Shown here piece after piece: positions 7,534 through 16,594 of a stretch of DNA of 24,586 nucleotides (position 1 is the first letter of the stretch; every line of letters begins with the position of its first letter). A program made the translations under genes and the position numbers. The notes under the pieces are model-generated. The model did no database searches and was not told the origin of the DNA. It was given only the letters and a program-made list of their open reading frames with translations. The DNA comes from a virus (taxonomy: Duplodnaviria; Heunggongvirae; Uroviricota; Caudoviricetes). The stretch lies in IMG/VR virus record IMGVR_UViG_2698536454_000001, positions 1 through 24,586 of that record; one strand, 5' to 3'.

Positions 7534-8520
7534 ATGGCTGTTAAAGGCTTAACTGCGCTAACGCTGGCTGACTGGGGTAAGCGCGTCGATCCAAACGGGA
7601 AAGTCGATAAGATTATCGAGCTTCTCGGTCAAACTAACCCGATCCTTCAGGATATGCCTTTTGTCGAAGGGAACCTTCCTACCGGACACCGAACCACCAT
7701 TCGTTCTGGTTTACCTTCAGCCACCTGGCGTTTGCTGAACTATGGCGTACAGCCAAGCAAATCAACCACAGTGCAGGTCACCGATTCCGTTGGCATGCTG
7801 GAAACCTATGCGGAAGTCGATAAGTCACTGGCTGATCTGAACGGCAATACCGCCGAATTCCGCCTGTCTGAAGACCGCGCATTTATTGAAGCGATGAATC
7901 AGCAGATGGCGCAGACTCTGTTTTATGGTGATTCCAGCGTTAACCCTCAGCAGTTTATGGGACTGTCCTCCCGCTATTCCAGCCTGTCTGCGGGTAATGC
8001 TCAGAACATCATTGATGCTGGTGGCACGGGTACAGATAACACCTCAATCTGGTTAGTGGTGTGGGGAGAAAACACCGTGCATGGCATCTTCCCGAAAGGG
8101 CAGAAGGCTGGAATCCAGATGGAAGATAAAGGCCAGGTGACACTGGAAGATGCTGATGGCGGCAAGTACGAAGGCTATCGCACCCATTACAAATGGGATA
8201 ACGGACTTGCTCTGCGTGACTGGCGTTATGTTGTTCGCATTGCAAACATCGATGTCAGCAATCTTTCAGAACCTTCCTCTGCCGCAAATATTGCGAAGTT
8301 GATGGTTAAAGCACTGCATCGCATTCCAAACCGTGGCATGGGTCGCCCGGTGTTCTACATGAACCGCACTGTAGGCCAGGCTCTTGATCTGCAGTCTCTG
8401 GAGAAAACATCTCTGGCGATTAGCGTAAAAGAGACTGAAGGCGAGTGGTGGACTTCATTCCGTGGTGTACCAATCCGTGAAACTGATGCGCTTCTGGAAA
8501 CAGAAGCCCGCGTGGTGTAA
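7534..8520 (+). CDS. major capsid protein (putative)
   Basis: Track ORF 7528..8520; ATG 7534 has GAGGAA 6 nt upstream. About 330 aa in the canonical position after the scaffold; followed by a stem-loop. Confidence 0.7.
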   Translation: MAVKGLTALTLADWGKRVDPNGKVDKIIELLGQTNPILQDMPFVEGNLPTGHRTTIRSGLPSATWRLLNYGVQPSKSTTVQVTDSVGMLETYAEVDKSLADLNGNTAEFRLSEDRAFIEAMNQQMAQTLFYGDSSVNPQQFMGLSSRYSSLSAGNAQNIIDAGGTGTDNTSIWLVVWGENTVHGIFPKGQKAGIQMEDKGQVTLEDADGGKYEGYRTHYKWDNGLALRDWRYVVRIANIDVSNLSEPSSAANIAKLMVKALHRIPNRGMGRPVFYMNRTVGQALDLQSLEKTSLAISVKETEGEWWTSFRGVPIRETDALLETEARVV

Positions 8521-8536
8521 CGCCTGTTATTAACCT

Positions 8537-8556
8537 GTGGGTCGTAACAGACCCAC
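8537..8556 (+). other. intergenic stem-loop after the capsid gene (no U-run)
   Basis: GTGGGTC-gtaaca-GACCCAC; could be an mRNA-stability or processing element rather than a terminator. Confidence 0.4.
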
Positions 8557-8571
8557 TAATGGAGAAAGAAG

Positions 8572-9009
8572 ATGATCACCGACAAACTGTTGATGTTCTC
8601 CGAAGCTCAGGCGGTTACGAATACCGCGGCTTCTACTGACGTAATCGATCTCGGTCCAATTGACGGAAAACGTCGTGATATCGGCGTGGGTTACCCGCTT
8701 GAGTTTTGGGCGCTGGTTAACACAGCCGCCGCAGCAAGCGGTGATGCAACTGTAAACATCCAGTTGCAGACGAGTGAGGATAACAGCTCATGGACCACTA
8801 TTTATGATAGTGGTGCACTGGCAAAGACCGCCCTGACAGCAGGTAAACGAGTTGTTTCTGCAAAGGTGCCTGCCGGTGTTCAGCGATATCTGCGTGTTAA
8901 CTACTCCGTCGCAACTGGCCCACTAACGGCTGGCGAATTCACTGCGGGTATCAGTCTTGATGTTGATGCCAATACGCCGTATCCGATCCGCTCAAAAGTA
9001 ACTGGTTAA
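8572..9009 (+). CDS. virion structural protein (145 aa), possible capsid decoration protein
   Basis: GGAGAAAG RBS. Gly/Thr/Val-rich, beta-type composition. Role inferred from position only. Confidence 0.55.
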   Translation: MITDKLLMFSEAQAVTNTAASTDVIDLGPIDGKRRDIGVGYPLEFWALVNTAAAASGDATVNIQLQTSEDNSSWTTIYDSGALAKTALTAGKRVVSAKVPAGVQRYLRVNYSVATGPLTAGEFTAGISLDVDANTPYPIRSKVTG

Positions 9010-9019
9010 GGTGATATCG

Positions 9020-9355
9020 ATGTCAGGTGAGAAACCAAGATACCGCGTTCTGCGCCTCTCTCATATCCATAACACTCTGTGGCCGGAGGGGGCAGAAATA
9101 GAATACGAAGGTGAGCCTGGTAGCGCACTGGAACCTGTTAACGATGCAGCCAGACAGGCAAAAGCAAAAGTTGCAGGAAAGGTGTCAATGGCAGCAACCA
9201 GCACCAAAATCATCAACGATGTGTCAGATGATGGTGAACTGGATAAGCTCCGTGAAGAGTACGAATTGCTCTTTAACGAGAAGCCACACCATAACGCCAA
9301 AGCCGAAACGCTCCGCGAGAAGATCGCAGATAAGCGTAAAGAACTGGGCGTGTAA
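9020..9355 (+). CDS. hypothetical virion-module protein (111 aa)
   Basis: Track ORF 9011..9355; ATG 9020 follows AAGGTGA. Charged, helical C-terminal half. Confidence 0.55.
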   Translation: MSGEKPRYRVLRLSHIHNTLWPEGAEIEYEGEPGSALEPVNDAARQAKAKVAGKVSMAATSTKIINDVSDDGELDKLREEYELLFNEKPHHNAKAETLREKIADKRKELGV

Positions 9356-9373
9356 GCCTCGCGAATCAGACAA

Positions 9374-9393
9374 GGGGCTTCGGCCCCTTTATT
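9374..9393 (+). terminator. intrinsic terminator
   Basis: GGGGC-ttcg-GCCCC hairpin followed by TTTATT. Confidence 0.65.
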
Positions 9394-9405
9394 GCAGGAG
9401 TGTAT

Positions 9406-9729
9406 ATGGAACTCGTAAACCTCAAAACCGGCACTGACAGCTACCAGGATGAGAGCGGAGAAACCAGAACTCGCGATGAATACGCGTGGGGGCTGTGCAT
9501 CACTCTTAATAACGACACATTGAATAAGCTGAAGGCGCAACCTCAGGGCGTCGGAACAGAAGTGATGATAACTGCAAAGGCTGTTATTCGAGGCCTGTCT
9601 GCCAGAGAAACTGACGATGGTGTTAATCGCAGCGCCGATCTGCAGATCACTGATATGGCAATCGCTCCTGTTTCCGGTGATGTAGAAAAATCAGCGGCTG
9701 AAACTCTGTACGGCAATGGGGGTGAGTAA
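9406..9729 (+). CDS. hypothetical virion-module protein (107 aa)
   Basis: Track ORF 9400..9729; ATG 9406 follows GCAGGAG. C-terminus SAAETLYG resembles the scaffold C-terminus SAAEVLYGK. Confidence 0.55.
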   Translation: MELVNLKTGTDSYQDESGETRTRDEYAWGLCITLNNDTLNKLKAQPQGVGTEVMITAKAVIRGLSARETDDGVNRSADLQITDMAIAPVSGDVEKSAAETLYGNGGE

Positions 9730-10334
9730 TGGCCTCTGTAGTAGAGATCTGCAATCGTGCGCTGTCCAATATTGGCAACAGCCGCAGCATTAACAGCCTG
9801 ACGGAAGCCAGCAAGGAAGCGGGGGAATGTTCGCTGCACTTTGAGGCCTGCCGTGATGCTGTGCTTTCTGATTTTGACTGGAACTTTGCTACCAAACGCG
9901 TGGCGCTTGCAGATACGAGCAATCCACCGCCTGACTGGGAATATGCGTACCAGTACCCGTCCGATTGTCTGCGCATTACTGAAATTATGCTTCCTGGTGT
10001 ACGCAATCCAACAGCAGCAATGCGCGTTCAGTACGAAGTTGGTGCAGACACCAACGGAACAGGAAAGTTGATCTACACAGACCAGCCGCAGGCATGGCTC
10101 AAGTATGTATCTCGCGTTTCAGATGTGAACATGTTTGATGCCATTTTTATGGAGGCGTTGGCCTGGCGTCTTGCGGCAGCTATTAACATGGCGCTGACTG
10201 GGAATGCAGACCTCGGTACGTTTGCCCTCAATATGTACAATCGCGTGATTCTTAGTGCTGGCTCGCATAGCCAGAATGAATCACAGGAACCACAGCCACC
10301 GGTTGACGAGTTTACCATTGCGAGGTTGTCCTGA
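9729..10334 (+). CDS. tail tubular protein A / adaptor (T7 gp11-like)
   Basis: 201 aa. N-terminus (VEICNRALSNIGNSRSINSLTE) matches the pattern I recall for T7 gp11 (VNDILASIGEPPVSTLEG); size and position fit. Confidence 0.65.
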   Translation: MASVVEICNRALSNIGNSRSINSLTEASKEAGECSLHFEACRDAVLSDFDWNFATKRVALADTSNPPPDWEYAYQYPSDCLRITEIMLPGVRNPTAAMRVQYEVGADTNGTGKLIYTDQPQAWLKYVSRVSDVNMFDAIFMEALAWRLAAAINMALTGNADLGTFALNMYNRVILSAGSHSQNESQEPQPPVDEFTIARLS

Positions 10335-12805
10335 TGGCTATCAGTTGGATCCAGCCCAGCTTTGCCGGTGGTGAGATTGGACCGTCGTTGTACGGTCGTA
10401 TCGACATGGCGAAGTACCAGGTGGCATTGCGCAAGTGCGATAACTTTATCGTGCGGCAGTATGGCGGCGTTGAGAATCGACCTGGTACGCGTTTTGTCGG
10501 TGCCGCCAAATACCCAAATCGGAAATGCCGCCTGATCCCGTTCCAGTTCTCGACTGTTCAGACCTATGTTCTGGAGTTCGGACACCAGTACATGCGCGTT
10601 ATCAAAGATGGTGCGTTGGTGCTGAACAGCAGCAATGTTATTTATGAAATTGCCACGCCATATACTGAAGCCGATCTGTTCCGAATTAAATTCACGCAAA
10701 GCGCCGACGTGCTTACGCTGGTTCACCCGGCATACCCGCCGAAAGAGTTGCGCCGCTATGCGCATGACAACTGGCAACTGGTTGATGTGGTAACGAAGAA
10801 CGGGCCATTTGAAGATATCAATATTGACGAGTCAGTGACGGTTTATGCCAGCGACAGCACCGGGACAATTACGTTAACGGCAAGCGCCTCTATTTTTGGC
10901 GCCGAGCAGGTAGGCAAATTGTTCTATCTGGAACAGCCTGCAGTGGATTCAGTGCCGGTATGGGAAACCAGTAAGAGTACGTCGATTGGCGATATTCGCC
11001 GTGCAGACAGTAACTACTATCGCGCCGTTACAGCAGGCAAAACAGGCACTTTGCGCCCTTCGCATACAGAAGGAACATCATGGGATGGCTGGGGCGGATC
11101 CGGTGATGATGATACTGGCATTGAGTGGGAGTATCTGCACAGTGGTTTTGGCATTGCCCGTATCTCTGCTGCAAATGGAACTACTGCAACTGCTGAGGTG
11201 ATTTCCTATATCCCTTCGCAGGTAGTTGGCGAGGATAATGCCAGCTATAAATGGGCTAAATATGCCTGGAATAGTGTTAACGGTTATCCTGGCACTGTTG
11301 TTTATTATCAACAACGTCTTTACTTCGCCGCATCGACTGCGTTCCCTCAGACTATCTGGGCCAGCCGTACTGGGGATTATAAGGATTTTGGCAAAAGCAA
11401 TCCTACGCAGGATGACGACAGAATTATCTACACCTATGCCGGGCGTCAGGTTAATGAGATCCGCCACCTGATTGATGTTGGTTCGCTGGTGGCGCTGACT
11501 TCCGGAGGTGAGTACGTCATCACCGGCGACCAGAACAAAGTATTAACCCCATCATCATTTGCATTCAGCTCTCAGGGATCAAATGGCTCGAGCAATGTCC
11601 CACCAATTGCCGTGGCGAATATTGCTCTGTTCGTCCAGGAGAAAGGCAGTGTTGTCCGTGATCTGGCCTACTCATTCGATGTTGACGGCTATCAGGGGAA
11701 CGACCTAACCATCCTTGCCAATCATCTTTTTCAGAAGCACAGCATTGTTGACTGGTGCTTCTCTATTGTCCCTTACTCCAGCGCCTTCTGCATTCGTGAT
11801 GACGGTAAATTACTGGTGATGACCTATTTGCGTGATCAGCAGGTTTTTGCATGGGCACCACAGTCCAGTACCGGAAAATATGAAAGTACATGCAGTATCA
11901 GCGAAAGCAATGAAGATGCGGTGTATTTCGTCGTTAACCGAACCGTTAACGGGCAAACAGTGAGATACATCGAGCGACTGTCAAGCCGTTTATTTACCAG
12001 CGATGAAGATGCTTTCTTTGTTGATTCTGGCCTTAGCTATGATGGAAGAAATACGTCTGACAGAACGATGACCATCACTGGTGGTTCTGGCGAATGGGAT
12101 TACCGCGCGGAATATACAATCAGTGTTTCTGGTGGTGCGTACTTCACCAGTAGTGATGTCGGTGCGCAACTACAGTTCCCTTATACCGTAACCGATCCTG
12201 ATACTGGCGATGAAGTGTCAAAAAAATTACGTTGCGACATTATTTCTGTAACCAGCAATACTGCTGTAGTGGTTCGTGCTAACAGGAACGTCCCGACATC
12301 CCTCAGGGATGTGGGCACCACGAACTGGCAGATGGCGCGCCGGACATTTGGAGGCCTGTCTCATCTTGAAGGACAGACCGTAAACATTCTCTCTGATGCT
12401 AATGTGGAGCCACAGAAAGTGGTTTCCGGAGGTGCCGTCACGCTGGAATCACCTGGGGCTGTAGTGCACATCGGCCTGCCAATAACTGCTGAATTCGAAA
12501 CACTGGATATCAACATTAACGGACAGGAAACGCTGCTGGACAAAAAACAGGTGATCCCGTCCGTTACTCTGGTTGTGAATGCCAGCCGCGGCATCTGGGC
12601 GACTACGCCCGGCGGTAAATGGTACGAATATCCACAGCGTGAATTCGAGTTCTACGATGATCCTGTTGATGACGCTACCGGAAAAGTAGAAGTGAAACTG
12701 GACAGTAACTGGGGCAAAAACGGACGTGTAAGAATCCGTCAGCTTGACCCGTTGCCGCTGTCTGTTCTTGCCGTTATTCCTCGCCTTACTGTTGGGGGGT
12801 TCTGA
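10334..12805 (+). CDS. tail tubular protein B / nozzle (T7 gp12-like)
   Basis: 823 aa, start coupled to the gp11-like stop (TGATG). Size and position fit gp12; no motif verified. Confidence 0.6.
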   Translation: MAISWIQPSFAGGEIGPSLYGRIDMAKYQVALRKCDNFIVRQYGGVENRPGTRFVGAAKYPNRKCRLIPFQFSTVQTYVLEFGHQYMRVIKDGALVLNSSNVIYEIATPYTEADLFRIKFTQSADVLTLVHPAYPPKELRRYAHDNWQLVDVVTKNGPFEDINIDESVTVYASDSTGTITLTASASIFGAEQVGKLFYLEQPAVDSVPVWETSKSTSIGDIRRADSNYYRAVTAGKTGTLRPSHTEGTSWDGWGGSGDDDTGIEWEYLHSGFGIARISAANGTTATAEVISYIPSQVVGEDNASYKWAKYAWNSVNGYPGTVVYYQQRLYFAASTAFPQTIWASRTGDYKDFGKSNPTQDDDRIIYTYAGRQVNEIRHLIDVGSLVALTSGGEYVITGDQNKVLTPSSFAFSSQGSNGSSNVPPIAVANIALFVQEKGSVVRDLAYSFDVDGYQGNDLTILANHLFQKHSIVDWCFSIVPYSSAFCIRDDGKLLVMTYLRDQQVFAWAPQSSTGKYESTCSISESNEDAVYFVVNRTVNGQTVRYIERLSSRLFTSDEDAFFVDSGLSYDGRNTSDRTMTITGGSGEWDYRAEYTISVSGGAYFTSSDVGAQLQFPYTVTDPDTGDEVSKKLRCDIISVTSNTAVVVRANRNVPTSLRDVGTTNWQMARRTFGGLSHLEGQTVNILSDANVEPQKVVSGGAVTLESPGAVVHIGLPITAEFETLDININGQETLLDKKQVIPSVTLVVNASRGIWATTPGGKWYEYPQREFEFYDDPVDDATGKVEVKLDSNWGKNGRVRIRQLDPLPLSVLAVIPRLTVGGF

Positions 12806-13269
12806 TGATCGACGTTCAAATTATTCCCTCTACCGAAGAGCATCTTCAGATGATTTTGCCGGATGTTCGTCAGGCTGATATTGACGAACTGTATGCGGTA
12901 TCGCTGATGACTACCGAAGATGCGCTGCGTGTTGGTCTTCGCACTGCGACTATGGCCTGGTCAGGATTTGCGAACGGAGAACTGGTAACCATGTTTGGCG
13001 TATCTCCGGCGTCAATGATCGGTGGCAATGGTACGCCATGGCTGGTAGGAACCAGCCGTATTGAAAAATATCAGAAGACATTTCTTCGCCACTGCCGCCC
13101 TGTATTGCAGCAGATGCTGGCAGTTTATCCGCGCCTGGAAAACTACGTCGACGAGCGAAACCATGTTGCCAAATCATGGCTGCACTGGCTTGGATTCAGG
13201 CTTGAAGAAGCCGCGCCTTATGGTGCTCTTGGTCTTAATTTCCACAGATTTCACATGGAGAGAAAATAA
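12805..13269 (+). CDS. hypothetical virion protein (154 aa), possibly gp13-like
   Basis: Translationally coupled between the gp12-like and gp14-like genes. Confidence 0.5.
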   Translation: MIDVQIIPSTEEHLQMILPDVRQADIDELYAVSLMTTEDALRVGLRTATMAWSGFANGELVTMFGVSPASMIGGNGTPWLVGTSRIEKYQKTFLRHCRPVLQQMLAVYPRLENYVDERNHVAKSWLHWLGFRLEEAAPYGALGLNFHRFHMERK

Positions 13270-13847
13270 TGTGTAACCCAGCCATCGCTTTGGTTGCCGT
13301 CACAGTGGCATCCACAGCCGCGTCAATGTACAGCCAGAGCAAGCAGGCAAAATACCAGTCAGCCATAGCTGATCGGAATGCTGAAATTGCTGAAGCTCAG
13401 GCACAGGATTCAATCAATCGTGGGAATATTGAAGCGGATCAGCGTCGTCGTGAAATGCGTCAACGCTCAGGTACTGCGGCGGCCACTATGGGGGCTACCG
13501 GTGCGGAATTAAGTAGCGGAACAGCTCTTGACGTTTTTGCGGATAATGCTCAGTTCGGCACTCTTGATGCGTTAACGACAGTGAATAATGCTCAGCGTGA
13601 GGCATATGGGTATCAGGTTCAGGGAATGAATGCTCAGGCACAGGGGGCTGCTGCTCAGTCGGCTGCTAAATCATCGATGACCAGCACTTTGTTAACGGCA
13701 CCACTAAAAGCATACGGTGCGTACCAGATGTTTGGTGGGACGTGGAGTCCGTTCTCTAAAGGAAGTACATCTAGTGGTGGGACGCCAATGTTATCTAACT
13801 CAGGTTTTATGAATTCTGACTCCCGATTCAAAATAGGAGGTTACTGA
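13269..13847 (+). CDS. internal virion / ejection protein (T7 gp14-like)
   Basis: 192 aa. N-terminus MCNPAIALVAVTVASTAAS parallels T7 gp14 (MCWAAAIPIAISGAQAISG); Ala/Gln-rich; position before two very large genes. Confidence 0.65.
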   Translation: MCNPAIALVAVTVASTAASMYSQSKQAKYQSAIADRNAEIAEAQAQDSINRGNIEADQRRREMRQRSGTAAATMGATGAELSSGTALDVFADNAQFGTLDALTTVNNAQREAYGYQVQGMNAQAQGAAAQSAAKSSMTSTLLTAPLKAYGAYQMFGGTWSPFSKGSTSSGGTPMLSNSGFMNSDSRFKIGGY

Positions 13848-16594
13848 TGCCTGTTGTTCCTACTACATCCGGACGCCAGGTGCAAAGTCGTGGTGTGCAA
13901 ACCGGTGGTTTTCAGACCTTCGATGTTCCTCAAGCAGGTCAGGTGCTGGCGAATGTCGCAGATCAGTATGCGGTGGCATATGGTGAAGCCAGGCAGAAAG
14001 CGAATGTTGCTATGGCTCAGGAGGCGTTACTGCAATTTAACCAATTTGCAGATGACCAGATTAACAGCCCTGAAAATGGGCTGATTTCTAAACAGGGTAA
14101 AAACGCTCTTGGTCAGAGTGACGCTGTTATGAAAAATATGCAGGAAAGGGCTCAGGCATTATTAGGCTCAATTCCTGAAAGTGAGGAAAGGAATAAATTA
14201 TCCTTTCAACTCCAGCAGTCTATGCAGTCTTATTACAATCAGGCACGTCGATATGAAGTTGGGCAGTTTCAGCAATTCCAAGATCAAACGTATTTGTCAG
14301 GAAATGCATTGGCTGTCACTCAGTCTGCGGGGCTATATAGCGATAACCAAGCATTTGTCGATTTAGCCAAGCAGCGATTTGAATCTATTGATCAATACGC
14401 TGATGCGCATGGGCTTCCTGATGAGTGGCGTGTTCAGCAGAAAACTCAGCTCAAGGAACAAATGGGGCAGCAAGCATGGATAGGAAATATCGCTCAAAAA
14501 TACAACGAGTTTCTTCAGGTTAATGGAGAGCCAGGGGATCTTGATGGTGTGAGTCGTGCAATATCACATGGTAATTCATTGGATGCTCGTGGTTTACGTA
14601 ATAATAACCCTGGTAATATTGAAGCGAGCAAATCTAACCCGTGGGAAGGTCAGATCGGTAGCGATGGACGTTTTGCAACGTTTGCTACCCCTGAGCATGG
14701 AATCCGCGCGTTGGGTAAAAATATGTTGTCTTACCAGCGTCAAGGCTATGATACCGTTAGCGAGATTGTTAATCGCTATGCTCCGGCTAGTGATGGTAAT
14801 AATACTGATGCTTATATTAGGGCATTGTGTGGTGAGCTTGGTGTTGGGGAGAATGATCAGCTTGATATCTCTAACCCAAAGACACTAGCTGCTTTATGTG
14901 CTGGGATTATTAAACACGAAAATGGCAGTATGCCTTATAGCACCGAACAGCTTGAAACTGGTATCTCGGCAGCCCTTGGTCTAACTAACCTTGATTCACC
15001 TAAGCGTTATACGGGCAATGCGGCATTTGACGCTATGAGCCCTCAAATGCAAATACAGGCATTGAGGCAGGCTAATGAGCTGAGAAATCAGTACCGCCAG
15101 CAGTATGCGGACCAGCTTAGCACCGTAGTTAAAGATGCATATTCAGCCCTTGATGAAGGATTGAAACCTGAGAAGTTACCTTCTGAGGACGATTTTATCC
15201 GGGCCAATGGTCCGCGCATTGGCGCTATGAAGTGGAAGGATATGCAGGCGCAGATACAATATGGAGGTGTCATTGGTGCCGCTAAAGACCTCACTCCAGA
15301 AGGACGACAAGACATTCTTGAACGTTTACGTCCACAGGATCCAAACGCTCCTGGATTTGCAGCTAACCAGCAACGCTGGGAGAAAATGCAGGCTAAATTT
15401 AAAGAGATGGATAGGGAGTGGGAGATTCAGCAGGGAAGAAACAGGTTCGTGTCTTCAATGCAAAATAACTTCCCGCTGGACCCGAACGACAAAAACAATC
15501 AGGCAGCGGTAGACCGTTATTTCGCGCAGGATATCGCGCCTTCGTTTTCCATATCTGATCCGCAGAGCATCAATACACTGGTCACCGTCACAACTAAAAG
15601 CGGCATGATACCAACTCAGGTTAAAACAATGCTTAACAGTGGAGCAACATCAAGAGATCCTGCGCTGGTTGTCCCGATGGCAAAATTCTACGGTCAGTTA
15701 TTCGATAATAATCCGGCAGCAGCGGCAACACTTGATAAAAGTACGATGGCATTTTACGGCAAGGTTTACGATTATTCCCGCGCTGGCGTGCCGGAGGATA
15801 AGGCTGTTGATATGGCTTACAGCCAGGTGTTCCAACAGGATGACCGAATGAAACAGATGCTTTCCACTGCCATGCGAGACAAAAAATATGTCGCGGCGAG
15901 GGCAACTGCTGCACAAAATAACGCCAGCAGTCTGACTTCCTTTGGTTCGTGGTCTCCGGATATTACCGATCCAGGAAAATCAAATGCGGCCTATCAGCGA
16001 GATTACCAGACAATTTACGATGCTAACTTTGTACAGACAGGTGGCGATGCAGAACAGGCTGAGAAAATGACCAATGCCATGATCAGAACCACCTGGGGAG
16101 TTTCTACGGTTAATGGCAAAGCAGAGGTTATGAAGTATGCACCTGAGGCATTGTACGGAGTAAATAATGGTGCTGGTAACTGGATACAGGGGCAGTGGGA
16201 GCAGGAAAAACGCGAGCTTAAATCAAAATCCTTTGGCGGTCCTCGCAGTGATACGGACTTAATACTTGTTTCTGATGGCCTTACGGCAAGGGATAGGAGT
16301 TATGCTGTTATGGTTTTACAGCCTGACGCAAACGGAGCGATAGAACCGAGAAATTATATTGGAGAAAATGGTCTCCCTGTTCGTTTCAAGCCGGATCAGC
16401 TGACATCTCCAATGTACAGGCAAACCATTCAGTTCCAGCAACAGCGTGTTGATGAGGCTAGAGTGCGGAGAGAAGGCAATCCGCTGCCGCAGTTCAGCAA
16501 TAAAGATGGATATACTCCTCCAGATCTGACCAAACCATTCGGTTATGGTTCAGCCAATTACCTTCCGAGCAATATATACGCAGGGGGCAAATAA
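13847..16594 (+). CDS. internal virion / ejection protein (gp15-like, 915 aa)
   Basis: AGGAGG RBS. Large Gln-rich protein in the gp15 position. Carries a conserved-looking block RGLRNNNPGNIEASKSNPWEGQ...FATFATPEHGIRALGKNMLSY. Confidence 0.65.
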   Translation: MPVVPTTSGRQVQSRGVQTGGFQTFDVPQAGQVLANVADQYAVAYGEARQKANVAMAQEALLQFNQFADDQINSPENGLISKQGKNALGQSDAVMKNMQERAQALLGSIPESEERNKLSFQLQQSMQSYYNQARRYEVGQFQQFQDQTYLSGNALAVTQSAGLYSDNQAFVDLAKQRFESIDQYADAHGLPDEWRVQQKTQLKEQMGQQAWIGNIAQKYNEFLQVNGEPGDLDGVSRAISHGNSLDARGLRNNNPGNIEASKSNPWEGQIGSDGRFATFATPEHGIRALGKNMLSYQRQGYDTVSEIVNRYAPASDGNNTDAYIRALCGELGVGENDQLDISNPKTLAALCAGIIKHENGSMPYSTEQLETGISAALGLTNLDSPKRYTGNAAFDAMSPQMQIQALRQANELRNQYRQQYADQLSTVVKDAYSALDEGLKPEKLPSEDDFIRANGPRIGAMKWKDMQAQIQYGGVIGAAKDLTPEGRQDILERLRPQDPNAPGFAANQQRWEKMQAKFKEMDREWEIQQGRNRFVSSMQNNFPLDPNDKNNQAAVDRYFAQDIAPSFSISDPQSINTLVTVTTKSGMIPTQVKTMLNSGATSRDPALVVPMAKFYGQLFDNNPAAAATLDKSTMAFYGKVYDYSRAGVPEDKAVDMAYSQVFQQDDRMKQMLSTAMRDKKYVAARATAAQNNASSLTSFGSWSPDITDPGKSNAAYQRDYQTIYDANFVQTGGDAEQAEKMTNAMIRTTWGVSTVNGKAEVMKYAPEALYGVNNGAGNWIQGQWEQEKRELKSKSFGGPRSDTDLILVSDGLTARDRSYAVMVLQPDANGAIEPRNYIGENGLPVRFKPDQLTSPMYRQTIQFQQQRVDEARVRREGNPLPQFSNKDGYTPPDLTKPFGYGSANYLPSNIYAGGK

